DNA of 40,414 nt, taken from Octopus bimaculoides. Its lineage: Eukaryota. Below the pieces are notes generated by a model. That model made no database searches. It saw only the letters and a program-made list of their open reading frames with translations, and was not told the origin of the DNA. The position numbers were made by a program, and so were the translations under genes. The stretch spans positions 49,701,933 to 49,742,346 of the forward strand of contig NC_068992.1 in assembly GCF_001194135.2 (NCBI RefSeq), read 5' to 3'. Shown here piece by piece: positions 12,360 through 24,734 of this stretch; within the stretch, counting starts at the first letter, position 1; the number at the start of each line of letters is the position of its first letter.

Positions 12360-13174
12360 GTCTAACATCTATATATATATATATATATATATATANNNNN
12401 NNNNNNNNNNNNNNNNNNNNNNNNNNNNNNNNNNNNNNNNNNNNNNNNNNNNNNNNNNNNNNNNNNNNNNNNNNNNNNNNNNNNNNNNNNNNNNNNNNNN
12501 NNNNNNNNNNNNNNNNNNNNNNNNNNNNNNNNNNNNNNNNNNNNNNNNNNNNNNNNNNNNNNNNNNNNNNNNNNNNNNNNNNNNNNNNNNNNNNNNNNNN
12601 NNNNNNNNNNNNNNNNNNNNNNNNNNNNNNNNNNNNNNNNNNNNNNNNNNNNNNNNNNNNNNNNNNNNNNNNNNNNNNNNNNNNNNNNNNNNNNNNNNNN
12701 NNNNNNNNNNNNNNNNNNNNNNNNNNNNNNNNNNNNNNNNNNNNNNNNNNNNNNNNNNNNNNNNNNNNNNNNNNNNNNNNNNNNNNNNNNNNNNNNNNNN
12801 NNNNNNNNNNNNNNNNNNNNNNNNNNNNNNNNNNNNNNNNNNNNNNNNNNNNNNNNNNNNNNNNNNNNNNNNNNNNNNNNNNNNNNNNNNNNNNNNNNNN
12901 NNNNNNNNNNNNNNNNNNNNNNNNNNNNNNNNNNNNNNNNNNNNNNNNNNNNNNNNNNNNNNNNNNNNNNNNNNNNNNNNNNNNNNNNNNNNNNNNNNNN
13001 NNNNNNNNNNNNNNNNNNNNNNNNNNNNNNNNNNNNNNNNNNNNNNNNNNNNNNNNNNNNNNNNNNNNNNNNNNNNNNNNNNNNNNNNNNNNNNNNNNNN
13101 NNNNNNNNNNNNNNNNNNNNNNNNNNNNNNNNNNNNNNNNNNNNNNNNNNNNNNNNNNNNNNNNNNNNNNNNNN

Positions 13175-13204
<30 letters not shown>

Positions 13205-13208
<4 letters not shown>

Positions 13209-13385
13209 GAAGGAAATGTTCTCTATGTGGCCTGTTTGTTTTCTGTGCTCTGCTTATGTTCTGTTTTTCATTTTGTCCACGTTTTTTGTGACATCCTGTA
13301 CCAAGATATGCATCTATATATACATGTACATGTAGGTATGTACATACATGTACGTATATATGCATATACTCACATATTATTTGTA
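13205..13385 (+). repeat. Family P, subfamily a
   Basis: Reverse complement of 19720-19897 (GAAGGAAATGTTCTCTATGTGGCCTG...GTACC.AGATATGCATCTATATATACATGTA). Confidence 0.8.
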
Positions 13386-14054
13386 TTATATATATATATA
13401 TATATATATNNNNNNNNNNNNNNNNNNNNNNNNNNNNNNNNNNNNNNNNNNNNNNNNNNNNNNNNNNNNNNNNNNNNNNNNNNNNNNNNNNNNNNNNNNN
13501 NNNNNNNNNNNNNNNNNNNNNNNNNNNNNNNNNNNNNNNNNNNNNNNNNNNNNNNNNNNNNNNNNNNNNNNNNNNNNNNNNNNNNNNNNNNNNNNNNNNN
13601 NNNNNNNNNNNNNNNNNNNNNNNNNNNNNNNNNNNNNNNNNNNNNNNNNNNNNNNNNNNNNNNNNNNNNNNNNNNNNNNNNNNNNNNNNNNNNNNNNNNN
13701 NNNNNNNNNNNNNNNNNNNNNNNNNNNNNNNNNNNNNNNNNNNNNNNNNNNNNNNNNNNNNNNNNNNNNNNNNNNNNNNNNNNNNNNNNNNNNNNNNNNN
13801 NNNNNNNNNNNNNNNNNNNNNNNNNNNNNNNNNNNNNNNNNNNNNNNNNNNNNNNNNNNNNNNNNNNNNNNNNNNNNNNNNNNNNNNNNNNNNNNNNNNN
13901 NNNNNNNNNNNNNNNNNNNNNNNNNNNNNNNNNNNNNNNNNNNNNNNNNNNNNNNNNNNNNNNNNNNNNNNNNNNNNNNNNNNNNNNNNNNNNNNNNNNN
14001 NNNNNNNNNNNNTATATATATATATATATATATATATCTATATATAGTTTTTCC

Positions 14055-14310
14055 AGATATCCTGTGACATACCTACATCATCAGTATTATTATTTCCTGG
14101 GGTCACGAGGTGTTTCGGGTCTTTCAGCGATCAGGCACTGTCACCGAGTTGACCCCCACCCAGAGTTTGGTTCAAGCTACAGCTTGTCACCAGTTTGCGT
14201 TACCCCGGGTAACACAACACAACTCCTGCCAGAGTTCACACCACCTGATCCACAGCCGCCTTAAAGCAACTTTTTGCTACCCCCCATAGCCAAGAAGATG
14301 GTTTTTCTGC
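14055..14310 (-). mobile_element. 3' end of a HERO-like (RLE clade) non-LTR retrotransposon
   Basis: Minus strand gives AEKPSSWLW (cf. the AEKASxWLW C-terminus I recall for HERO elements), followed by GACCCGAAACACC...TGACCCCAGG...ACTGATGATGT resembling the HERO 3' UTR. Recalled from memory, not aligned. Confidence 0.55.
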
Positions 14311-14533
14311 GTGTGTGTGTGTTTTGTTAGTATTTTCTTTTTTTTTTAGTAATAATGCTAACAGTATTTGTATCGATTACACTTACCTTTTAAACTTTAC
14401 AAGTTATGCGAATATATATTTATATATATATATACTAATGTATGAATGCATGTTTGTATGTGTGTATGAGTGCATATTTGTATGCATGCGTACGTCTGTA
14501 TGCATGTATGGTACATTATACATGTGCATGTGC

Positions 14534-14573
<40 letters not shown>

Positions 14574-15175
14574 CAATGTTAATTCTCTAAATGAAGTATT
14601 AACAGTAACTGCACGATAAAGTGTAGTATATTGCCACTTAAGTGTGGCTGACCCCTAGGGGTGATATATATATGTGTGTGTGTGTGTATGTATGTATGTA
14701 TACATGTGCGTCTGTGTATATTTGTATATATGTTTGTATGTGTGTGTGTGTATGTATATGTTTGTGCGTGTGTGTTTATATATATATATTTATACATATT
14801 TGTATATGTTGTACTTTATATACAACTTGCACGGCGGGACACCTTAATCAGAAGCCTTTCCGCTGACTGGCCACCATAGCTATCTTCATATCTTCCGATA
14901 TGTTTCCACCAGCGGTCCCGAGCTATTGATGCTACCAGGGAATGTCCGAGATCTTTTGGCCTACACTGTTGCATGCATTTTAACCCTCACCCTCATTTCC
15001 TGTTATCCATGCATGCAACCACAATAGGAAACTAACTGCGGTTCTAATCATTCCGAACAAGCAGCAAATATTTTGTTTGACTGCTTGCTGATAATTCATA
15101 CCTTGCTCTCAACTTTGGCTTCATTTTCTCTCTGCCTCTGTCTGTCTATCTCAAATAATCCTCTTCTACATCCAG

Positions 15176-15217
15176 GACGAAGCATTTGATGCATTTCCAA
15201 AGTCTAAGGCCATTCAG
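15176..15217 (+). CDS. Candidate 42-nt exon (DEAFDAFPKSKAIQ in phase 0)
   Basis: Long pyrimidine tract ending CAG| and a CAG|GTAAGA donor. No homology recognised. Confidence 0.3.
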
Positions 15218-15592
15218 GTAAGAATTCGTGGATTTCGCCCATAAACCTCTCGTCATCCCACCTCTACCGGAAGCACTGTAGACTGCTATCGAGCGCGTCC
15301 ACACGATTTCCGAAGGTTTGTCTTCATAATTTAGGGTTTTACTCGTCGGCTCCATTTGCCCGGGTTCTTTAGTGCACACCATTGGTCAAATTTTCTCTTG
15401 CTATCTATACAGCTACTCTGCCAAACCGTATACAACAACTGTACCCACCCCATACACACACCAATTGTTTTGTTTTACTATACGCTAAAGCAGTGGTTAC
15501 CAACCGTATTATTATTTCTTTGGCACCACAGACCGGGGAATCACGCGAATAACAAAACAGATTAAGGTGCATAATATATATTTCAATTATTA

Positions 15593-15803
15593 CATCATCA
15601 CCGTCAGTATCATCATCATCGTCAACATTTAACGTCCGTTTTCCATGTTGGGATGGGTTGGACGGTTCGACAGGAACTAGTAAGGCCAGGGGCGGCACCA
15701 GGTACCATAGTCCGTTTTGGCTTGGTTTCTACGGCTGGATGCCCTTCCTGATGCACACCGCTTCACAGAGTGTACTGGGTACTTTTTACATGGCACCAGC
15801 ACC
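15593..15803 (-). mobile_element. SINE 3' part, (GAT)n-tailed family
   Basis: Reverse complement contains AGGAAGGGCATCCAGCCGTAGAAACC...CCAACCCAT...CATGGAAAACGGACGTTAAA + GAT repeats. Confidence 0.85.
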
Positions 15804-16112
15804 AATTACATATATAATACATACATATATATATATATATATANNNNNNNNNNNNNNNNNNNNNNNNNNNNNNNNNNNNNNNNNNNNNNNNNNNNNNNNA
15901 TAATATAATTCTTTATACATAAAATATAATTCTACCTTTGCCATTGGTCTCTTTATCTTATTCTTTCTTTACATATATGCACGCTAATACACGACCCATG
16001 TTATATTCCCCACTCATGTTGCAACCACATCAGGGGCAAAACTAGTCGGTATACAGCACTTACTCGGTATTACCTGTATCTTTAGGGTTTGGTTGACTAC
16101 AATACCCTTCAT

Positions 16113-16152
<40 letters not shown>

Positions 16153-18092
16153 GAATTTGCAAATTCCTAATGAACTTTATATTTGTAAAGCCGATTGTCA
16201 ATATAACATGGTTTGTCACAAACATTTGTATTTTGTGTTTTTTTGCCATTCTAGTTACAAAATAAGTTAATTAATTCAACGGAATACACTGTCTGCAAGT
16301 TGTTGGATACAGCATATTATCCTCCATTTTCTAATTGCTATATATTATATTATATATTTAGTCGACTTAGTGTGTATTATTGGGTCATTAGTGGTCTTAG
16401 TGTGTGTTAGTGGGTCACCACACTCAAAATAATATTGTCTTCAGGTCAAATATTATTCAGATAGAGTACTGAATTTTCATAAAAACAAAATGAAGGGTAA
16501 CAATATGATGATGGGAAGGTGGAGAAAGTTATTGCAAAAGTGGATAGAAGGAAAATATTAGGCTAAAAATGAAATAAAAACAAGATAAAATTGAATTAAA
16601 TAGCAATAAAATCAAAATAGAAAATTAAATCGGATAACTTGTTTCCCTTTAGGTATTATACCCATCTCGATTATTGTCTGTCACTATTGAATTAAAGTTA
16701 TCTAGGAAACCTGCTGAAGGAATTATTACAGAAATGCTTACAGCGTATCACCAATTCTTGTCTCCGGGTGATTATGTTACCCTCCGACCAAAGTATTTGG
16801 AGTGACTCGATCGTTATATTTCATACGGTATAGCTCTTTCTAAAATCAACCATTATAATTATATATTTAATTTCGTTGTCCCTAAGTCGCCATATTAGCT
16901 TGCTAAGTGAAGTCGAAGTTTCTTAATATTTGTGTTTAATTGACGAGATGTAGTTGTAATAATGAAGCTTAATGGTCGTTACGCAACATCCTATGTAATA
17001 GTAAGTTTTATAATGGATTACAACCAGGCATTTGTACACTATGTTCTTCTCAAGACTGTTTATTTAAAGGACACTCCTTTCTTCCTCTGAAGTTACAACT
17101 GAGTTTGTCATTCTTATTCTTACCAACTGTGTGGTTATGATTTCTTTTTATATATGTAATTTTGTTAGCCTTGTTTACACGCAAAGCCCTCACAACACAC
17201 ATTCATACACATACACACATACACTCTTTGTTTTGTCCTGTACTGTCCATAATGTTTTTCTTAATGTAAACCCTTGTGGTTAATAAAGAAATTATTATTA
17301 TTATTTATTATTTTTTTTTTACCTGTATAGTTACTATTGTTATAATTTCCACTTCTGTTGTAGTTGCAATTGTTATTATTGCTATGACCGTTGATACTAT
17401 CGCATCTGATTGCATAATTATTTATTCTGCTATTGCTTCTGAAACTGGCTTTCCTCCTTCCATGCCTCAGTTATGTATTCGATATACGTAACTGAGGCAG
17501 TATTTGATTAGTAATATTTATAGTACGAATGACTACAACAACAACAACAACAACAATAATAATAATAATAATAATGATGATAATAATGATGATAATAATG
17601 ATAACCACACAGGTGGTAGTAATAAGAATGACAAAATCAATTGTAACTTCAGAGGAGGGAAGGTGTTTCCTTTAAATATGTATATATGAATGTATGTATG
17701 TATGCATGCATACATATATGCTTGCATGTTGCATGTATATATGTAGATGAGTGTGCGTTTGTGTATGTGTGCGTGTATGTGTGCTCTAACTTTTAGAGTG
17801 TACTTCTTTTTCAGATATATGATTCACTGGCGATGCATGTATGTGTGTGTGTGTTTTCTACAGAAAATAAAGGAATTCTGGAACGCAGAACGGTTGTGAA
17901 AACAGCTTAGAAAATTGGCCAAATACTCTTAGAAGACGAAAATATATAAAAAAAATCTTCTAGGGGTGTTTAGCTGATTTTGTAAGCTGTTTTCACACCC
18001 TTTCTGCATTCTAAAATTCCTTTATTTTCTGTAGAATATCAACTCACTCGGCACTTATAAGTTTGTTTACAACACACACAGACACACACACA

Positions 18093-18144
<52 letters not shown>

Positions 18145-19122
18145 NNNNNNNNNNNNNNNNNNNNNNNNNNNNNNNNNNNNNNNNNNNNNNNNNNNNNNNN
18201 NNNNNNNNNNNNNNNNNNNNNNNNNNNNNNNNNNNNNNNNNNNNNNNNNNNNNNNNNNNNNNNNNNNNNNNNNNNNNNNNNNNNNNNNNNNNNNNNNNNN
18301 NNNNNNNNNNNNNNNNNNNNNNNNNNNNNNNNNNNNNNNNNNNNNNNNNNNNNNNNNNNNNNNNNNNNNNNNNNNNNNNNNNNNNNNNNNNNNNNNNNNN
18401 NNNNNNNNNNNNNNNNNNNNNNNNNNNNNNNNNNNNNNNNNNNNNNNNNNNNNNNNNNNNNNNNNNNNNNNNNNNNNNNNNNNNNNNNNNNNNNNNNNNN
18501 NNNNNNNNNNNNNNNNNNNNNNNNNNNNNNNNNNNNNNNNNNNNNNNNNNNNNNNNNNNNNNNNNNNNNNNNNNNNNNNNNNNNNNNNNNNNNNNNNNNN
18601 NNNNNNNNNNNNNNNNNNNNNNNNNNNNNNNNNNNNNNNNNNNNNNNNNNNNNNNNNNNNNNNNNNNNNNNNNNNNNNNNNNNNNNNNNNNNNNNNNNNN
18701 NNNNNNNNNNNNNNNNNNNNNNNNNNNNNNNNNNNNNNNNNNNNNNNNNNNNNNNNNNNNNNNNNNNNNNNNNNNNNNNNNNNNNNNNNNNNNNNNNNNN
18801 NNNNNNNNNNNNNNNNNNNNNNNNNNNNNNNNNNNNNNNNNNNNNNNNNNNNNNNNNNNNNNNNNNNNNNNNNNNNNNNNNNNNNNNNNNNNNNNNNNNN
18901 NNNNNNNNNNNNNNNNNNNNNNNNNNNNNNNNNNNNNNNNNNNNNNNNNNNNNNNNNNNNNNNNNNNNNNNNNNNNNNNNNNNNNNNNNNNNNNNNNNNN
19001 NNNNNNNNNNNNNNNNNNNNNNNNNNNNNNNNNNNNNNNNNNNNNNNNNNNNNNNNNNNNNNNNNNNNNNNNNNNNNNNNNNNNNNNNNNNNNNNNNNNN
19101 NNNNNNNNNNNNNNNNNNNNNN

Positions 19123-19311
19123 CCCCCCCCCACACAAACATCGCTTGACAACCGATGGTGGTGTGTTTACGTCTCCGTAACTTAGCGGTTCGGCAAAAGA
19201 GACCGATAGAATAAGTACTAGGCTATAGAATAAGTCCTGGGGTCTATTTGCTCGACTAAAGGCGGTGCTCCAGCATGGCCACAGTCAAATGACTGAAACA
19301 AGTAAAAGAGT
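19123..19311 (+). mobile_element. SINE 3' half with a Nin-like domain and AAGTAAAAGAGTA tail
   Basis: About 90% identical (by eye) to the reverse complement of 24160-24345; 5' half lost in an N gap. Confidence 0.85.
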
Positions 19312-19329
19312 ATATATAGCGAGCAACCT

Positions 19330-19362
<33 letters not shown>

Positions 19363-19719
19363 AACACACGTGCATACATAAACATGTAAGTGTATATGAT
19401 GAAACGCGCGGCTATAGGCATGGAAAAGCCTTAACCGATAGATCTATACACGACTGATGGAAGCTCGAATCATCATAATACATGTTTAATTAAAGATATG
19501 GAAATGTCTAACAAATTACTTTTCATGTCAATACAGCATTACTTTCGCATGTCTGCTATGAGCGTACAGTATTTACTTCTACTGAATAAGCTAGATACGA
19601 TCGGGATTGGGCTGGTTGCTTCTTACCTGGATATTGTGATTTGTATGTATAGACGTTTGGGTACATGGTTGTACGGAAATTGTACATGCACGCGCGTGTG
19701 TGCGTGTATATATATATAT

Positions 19720-19927
19720 AAATAATATATGAGTATATGCATATATATATATATGTACATGTATGTACATACCTTCATCTACATGTATATATAGATGCAT
19801 ATCTGGGTACATGACGTTGCAAAAAAAAGACATGGACAAAATGATAAACAGGGTACAGAAAACACACAGGCCACATAGAGAACATTTCCTTCATCAGCTG
19901 CCACCATTATAACACTGGCGTTTCGAA
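19720..19927 (-). repeat. Family P, subfamily a
   Basis: Inverted homolog of 13205-13385; carries CTGATGAAGG (19888-97) and GAAAC (19920-24) on the minus strand. Confidence 0.8.
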
Positions 19928-19951
19928 TACATACATACATACATACATACA

Positions 19952-20841
19952 CAGGGTGCGATGAATATATTGTCGTCTAAATTAGGCAAAAATGAAAATA
20001 ATACTGACACCGCATTTTAACAGATATATTTACCAAAATTACATAAAATTTTCTTGAAATACTAAAGAGTAATTTTATTCAATCAAGTTGCCATTGGCTT
20101 CAACCACAGCTTCCAGATGACTTCTGAATCTCCCGCAACTCTTCTGAGGGGGCGGACTCCTTGTTTAAGTTGGTGAATGTTGCCATAATCCTTGCCTTCA
20201 GTTCATCTTTGGTGTTACAAGAAGTTTTGTTGGTCCCTCACTCAACTGTATCCACACATAATAATGAAGAGGTTGTAGTCTGGGGAGTTAGGTGGCCAGA
20301 TGTTAGGGGTGATGTGGTCGCAGAAATTGTCTTACAGCCATGACTGGGTTCTCCTGCTTTTGTAGCATGGTGCAGAATCCTGTTACCAGACATCGGGCCT
20401 TCCAGCAGCTACCCTCTTGAGCCAGGGCAGCACTACCTCTTCTAGGCACTTGATGTCGGCCTCCGTGTTGAGTCTGAGGCCGTGTGGGAAGATGAACGGA
20501 GGCATAATGTCGCTATCACTAGTGATCACTCCAAACGCCATGATGTTGACTGGATGTTTGATTTTTATCACTCTTGGTACATGTCCTCAGATTGCACTGT
20601 CCTCAGACTGACAACCAAACACACTGAAATGTTCGTATTGGAGTTTCCGGCGCAAATGCCAAGCAGTACAGCATGTCGTTTCTAAATTTGTGGCAGAGTA
20701 ATTGCATCATGGTGCTGTTTTTATCACAAATGGTGCTCAACTGACCCTACTATACTGTGTAGCCGAGAAAATCAAAAACAAACAATGTTCATGCACGAAA
20801 TTAAAAATATAAAATGGCGACAAGTTACCCTTCGCACCCTG
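19952..20841 (-). mobile_element. Internally deleted Tc1/mariner DNA transposon, DD37D (maT) type, with transposase pseudogene
   Basis: TIR CAGGGTGCGA at both ends, TA at 20842-43. Minus strand reads KHPVNIMAFGVITSD...LEEVVLPWLKRVAAGRPDVW*QDSAPC...WPPNSPDYN, then after frameshifts ...LEAVVEANGNLIE* (stop 20075-77). Restoring the frameshifted NPLD motif gives 37 residues between the second and third Asp. Confidence 0.9.
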
Positions 20842-20897
20842 TATATACACATACATACATGTGTATATGTATACATATATATATATGAATACATGCA

Positions 20898-20969
<72 letters not shown>

Positions 20970-21175
20970 CATCCAAACATATATTATATGTGTGCGTGCA
21001 TGCGCGCGCATTCTCTCACTTATATTCGTTTCATTCAGTCATCCCGGAGTAAATCTTTTTTCCTCATTTCATGCTTTAGTGGATTATATCCCTCGTCTGG
21101 AACTTATTTATTGATCTGTTTATATCGTAACACTTAGTCAAAATAGATAATGGGTCACAAGAGAGAGAGAGAGAT

Positions 21176-21223
<48 letters not shown>

Positions 21224-21572
21224 ATATTGCATATAAAAAAAAAAGAGACAGTAGAACAGAAGAAATTATCGGACTTCAAACTAAACGCCAAATGTCATTT
21301 ATATTTTGTCCCTCTACATTATGAGTTCAAATCCTACCGAAGTTGATTTTATGTCGTATTCCTGCAGGGTCTGTTCTCCATGTATCAGTCATATACTAAG
21401 AATCTGTTAAGTGTTTGCATCACTCATCTGCGACAAATCTATACATTTCTTCTAAAGAGGATATGTATGTTTGTTGCCTTCTGTTTTTAATTATTTGAAT
21501 TATTACCAAAAGGAGCTGGTTTCTAAATAGTTACAAAGCTCCATTATTGGAGTTAAATAAGAAAAAACAATA

Positions 21573-22030
21573 TCATATTTTAAACTTGAAGAAAGGCTTG
21601 CGTATCTGTACTGTTCCACTTACAAATTGCATTTGTAATGTGCGAGTTAGTTGGTTGATTTCTCTTTCTGAAAACCTTAGCTTCTACAAATTGTCATTTA
21701 GGCATTTACTCCCGAAACCATGCGATTCAATTATCATTGGTTTTAGTGTGGATTTATAATCTGTATACAGAAGCTGGAGGTTTTGAAGTAGTTGTCCATA
21801 GTTATCCCCTTTCTCTTTGATTTCCAAAGAGATGTTCACATCAGCAGGACAGCTGACCTCTGTAACAGTACATGCTTTTTATTGGGTGTCCCAAATGACA
21901 ATATCTGGCCTGTTGTGTTTACAACAGTATTCCTTGTGTTGATGCCTGTGTATGTATTCATTAACAGGGGGATTCATTCATTTTAGGATAGTCTGTTTTC
22001 CGAGTGGCATTCTATATTGCTTTAACGACT
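21573..22030 (-). pseudogene. C-terminal restriction-like endonuclease domain of an R4/Dong-type non-LTR retrotransposon
   Basis: KHNRPDIVIWDTQ*KACTVTEVSCPADVNISLEIKEKGDNYGQLLQNLQLLY...SGTVQIRKPFFKFKI*: the RPD..E..K..Y RLE pattern with two internal stops. Confidence 0.85.
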
Positions 22031-22239
22031 ACGTCGTATCGCACAGGGAGGTAGTACCTTGATGACTATGTATGTATGTATGTATGTATGTATGTATGTA
22101 TGCAGGACCGGATTTAAACCATTAGGAGCCCTGAACAGTTCAATTTCGGGGTCCCCTTATACCCAAGAACTAAAATCTTGGAAAATTACCAAATTTAGAT
22201 ATCAAATCACATAGTGGTTGTTGCTGTTCCAAAAGCACG

Positions 22240-22285
<46 letters not shown>

Positions 22286-22984
22286 ATGGAGGGAACAAAC
22301 ATTTAAAAGACATGGATTTTTAAAATTCTTGTTTTGAAAAGCCTCCCCGTAATTGTTTTGCAATGTATGAAAAATTAAAAAAAAACCCCACTTTACCGTA
22401 TTACAAAATAAATAAATAAAATAAAATAATTTAGATTGTCATAACTGGAACGCTAAGTCTGATCAGTGACTAACAACAAGAAATTTGTTACAAATATCGG
22501 AAATCAACGGGAATGTCCGAAGTGAGACTATCGGAATTTGTTAGCAATTAGCTGTGACAGGTGGACCTCGACTTTGTAATCGCCTTGCCACCAGCGTTCC
22601 AAAACACACACATATACACAGATCTCTTTATCTCTTCTTCCTGAGTTATTGGAATTTTCTTTCTTATTCTTTCTCGCTTCACGCGTTCATTTTTCTTTCT
22701 ATTTCTCAAACGCTGTTTACGTTTTCTTTCTTTCTTTGTCATTTGTCCATCCCTATAATCTCTCTTCCAATTCGTCTTACCTTCAATCTCATACCTCCTC
22801 ACCCCCCACCTCATTCTGTTAGTTTCACTTTCATTGTCGTTTTCTCCCACTTCTTCCCTTCAACGAGTTCCCTTATCTCAATCCCATACTCACTTCTTTC
22901 TTTCATTGCCACTCCATTCTCTCCCTGTTTATATTTTCCCCTCTCCTCTTCCTTTTCAACTCAATGCGTTGTCATTCTTTCGAT

Positions 22985-22985
22985 G

Positions 22986-23048
<63 letters not shown>

Positions 23049-23075
23049 GTTTATCCATCCATCCATCCATCCATC

Positions 23076-23130
<55 letters not shown>
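22985..23130. repeat. (TATC)n/(CATC)n microsatellite
   Basis: Directly visible. Confidence 0.95.
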
Positions 23131-23131
<1 letters not shown>

Positions 23132-23744
23132 ACTATCTAGCTAACCACCTTTCTGTCTAACTACCTATTTGCCTGTCTAACAATCTATGTTTATCACTCT
23201 GTCTATCTGTTAGTCTAACTCTGTCTCTGTCCGCCAGTCTGTCTAACTATCTGTCTATCTATGTCTGTCTACCCGTCTCTTCATTTGTCTACCTTTCTAA
23301 CAGCGAGTAGCTATCTACCTGTCTACCTATATCTCTGTCTATCTATCTGTCTACCAATCTACCTACCTGTCAGTTCATCTATCTATCTACATTGTCTCCG
23401 TCCGTCCGTCCGTCCGTCCATCCATCCATCCATTCAGGATTACCTCTGTGCCACAATGTGTGTGTGTGTGTACGTGCATTCGCGCGCGCGAGCGTATGTG
23501 AACATGGTATTTCTCACTGTTCTATGCCTCTCTTTCTCTCTAATATATCACTTTGTCTCTTTTACGCATCTCTTTCTCTCTCTCCCTCCCCCCACACCTC
23601 TCTGCAGTATGTCATGGCACAGTCTCCCGCCTCCGCTTTCCAGCTTGAAAAGACTTTACCGTCCCTCCTTCTAACTTTCTTCTTTCTTCTTTTCCACTTT
23701 CCTTTAGTGATTCTCATCAATCATGTTTTACGACGTTCGATCTT

Positions 23745-23787
<43 letters not shown>

Positions 23788-24159
23788 TCTCACTCGCATT
23801 CACACTCACTCTCACATACCCACATTCACACATGTGACTTGTCATCTTGGATGGTCAAAGGTTGGCTATCTGTTCTCAGAGAAATAAACGTTTGGTAGAA
23901 TTGCTGAGTACTCTGTGTGTGTGTGTGCACATATGCATAAAACCCTGATTTAAATTAAGAGAGGCTCCAAGTAATTGGTTATTCTCCTTAAGAAGCCCCT
24001 CCCAAAAGACCTATGGCAGCGTCAAAGATACCATACACTTTGACCAGGTAGATGTCCCTTAGATTTTGAGCCCTAGACGTCAGTGTTCCAGATTTTATTC
24101 AAATGCACCACTGTACATGCACACATTCACACGTACACACACATACATACATACATACA

Positions 24160-24370
24160 TACTCTTTACTCTTTTACTTGTTTCAGTCATTTGACTGTGA
24201 CCATGCTGGAGCACCACCTTTAGTCGAGCAAATCGACCCCAGGACTTATTCTTTGTAAGCCTAGTACTTATTCTATCGGTCTCTTTTGTCAAACCGCTAA
24301 GTTACGGGGACGTTCACACACCAGCATCGGTAGTCAATCGATGTTGGGGGGATAAACAGACACACAAACA
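24160..24370 (-). mobile_element. SINE 3' half (same family as 19123-19311)
   Basis: TACTCTTTTACTTGTTTCAGTCATTTGACTG...CCGCTAAGTTACGGGGACG. Confidence 0.9.
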
Positions 24371-24609
24371 CATATACACACAAACATACATATATATATA
24401 CATGAGTGTATTATATGTTTTTATAAATAAACAGCTGGACTTACAGAGTGATTCAGAAGCTGAGAGTTTTCTGCATTGGTACACACACACACACACACAC
24501 CCACACATATATACTCTCACATATACATTTTCATATACCCATCTCACTATATATATATATGTGTGTGTGTGCTTATTCATATATATATATATATATATAT
24601 ATTTATTCT

Positions 24610-24641
<32 letters not shown>

Positions 24642-24734
24642 ATTTATGCATATATATATATATATATATATAAAACATATATTTATGCATATATATATAT
24701 ATATATGTACATACTTACATCTATACGTATATAT

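Noticed and set aside
16653-16805. About 50 open codons after CCCTTTAG (VLYPSRLLSVTIELK...)
   Set aside because: No good donor, closed in phase 1, no homology recognised.
23608-23748. Possible terminal exon with a GPI-like hydrophobic tail (YVMAQSPASAFQLEKTLPSLLLTFFFLL...)
   Set aside because: CT-rich DNA encodes L/F/S/P by default; no independent support.
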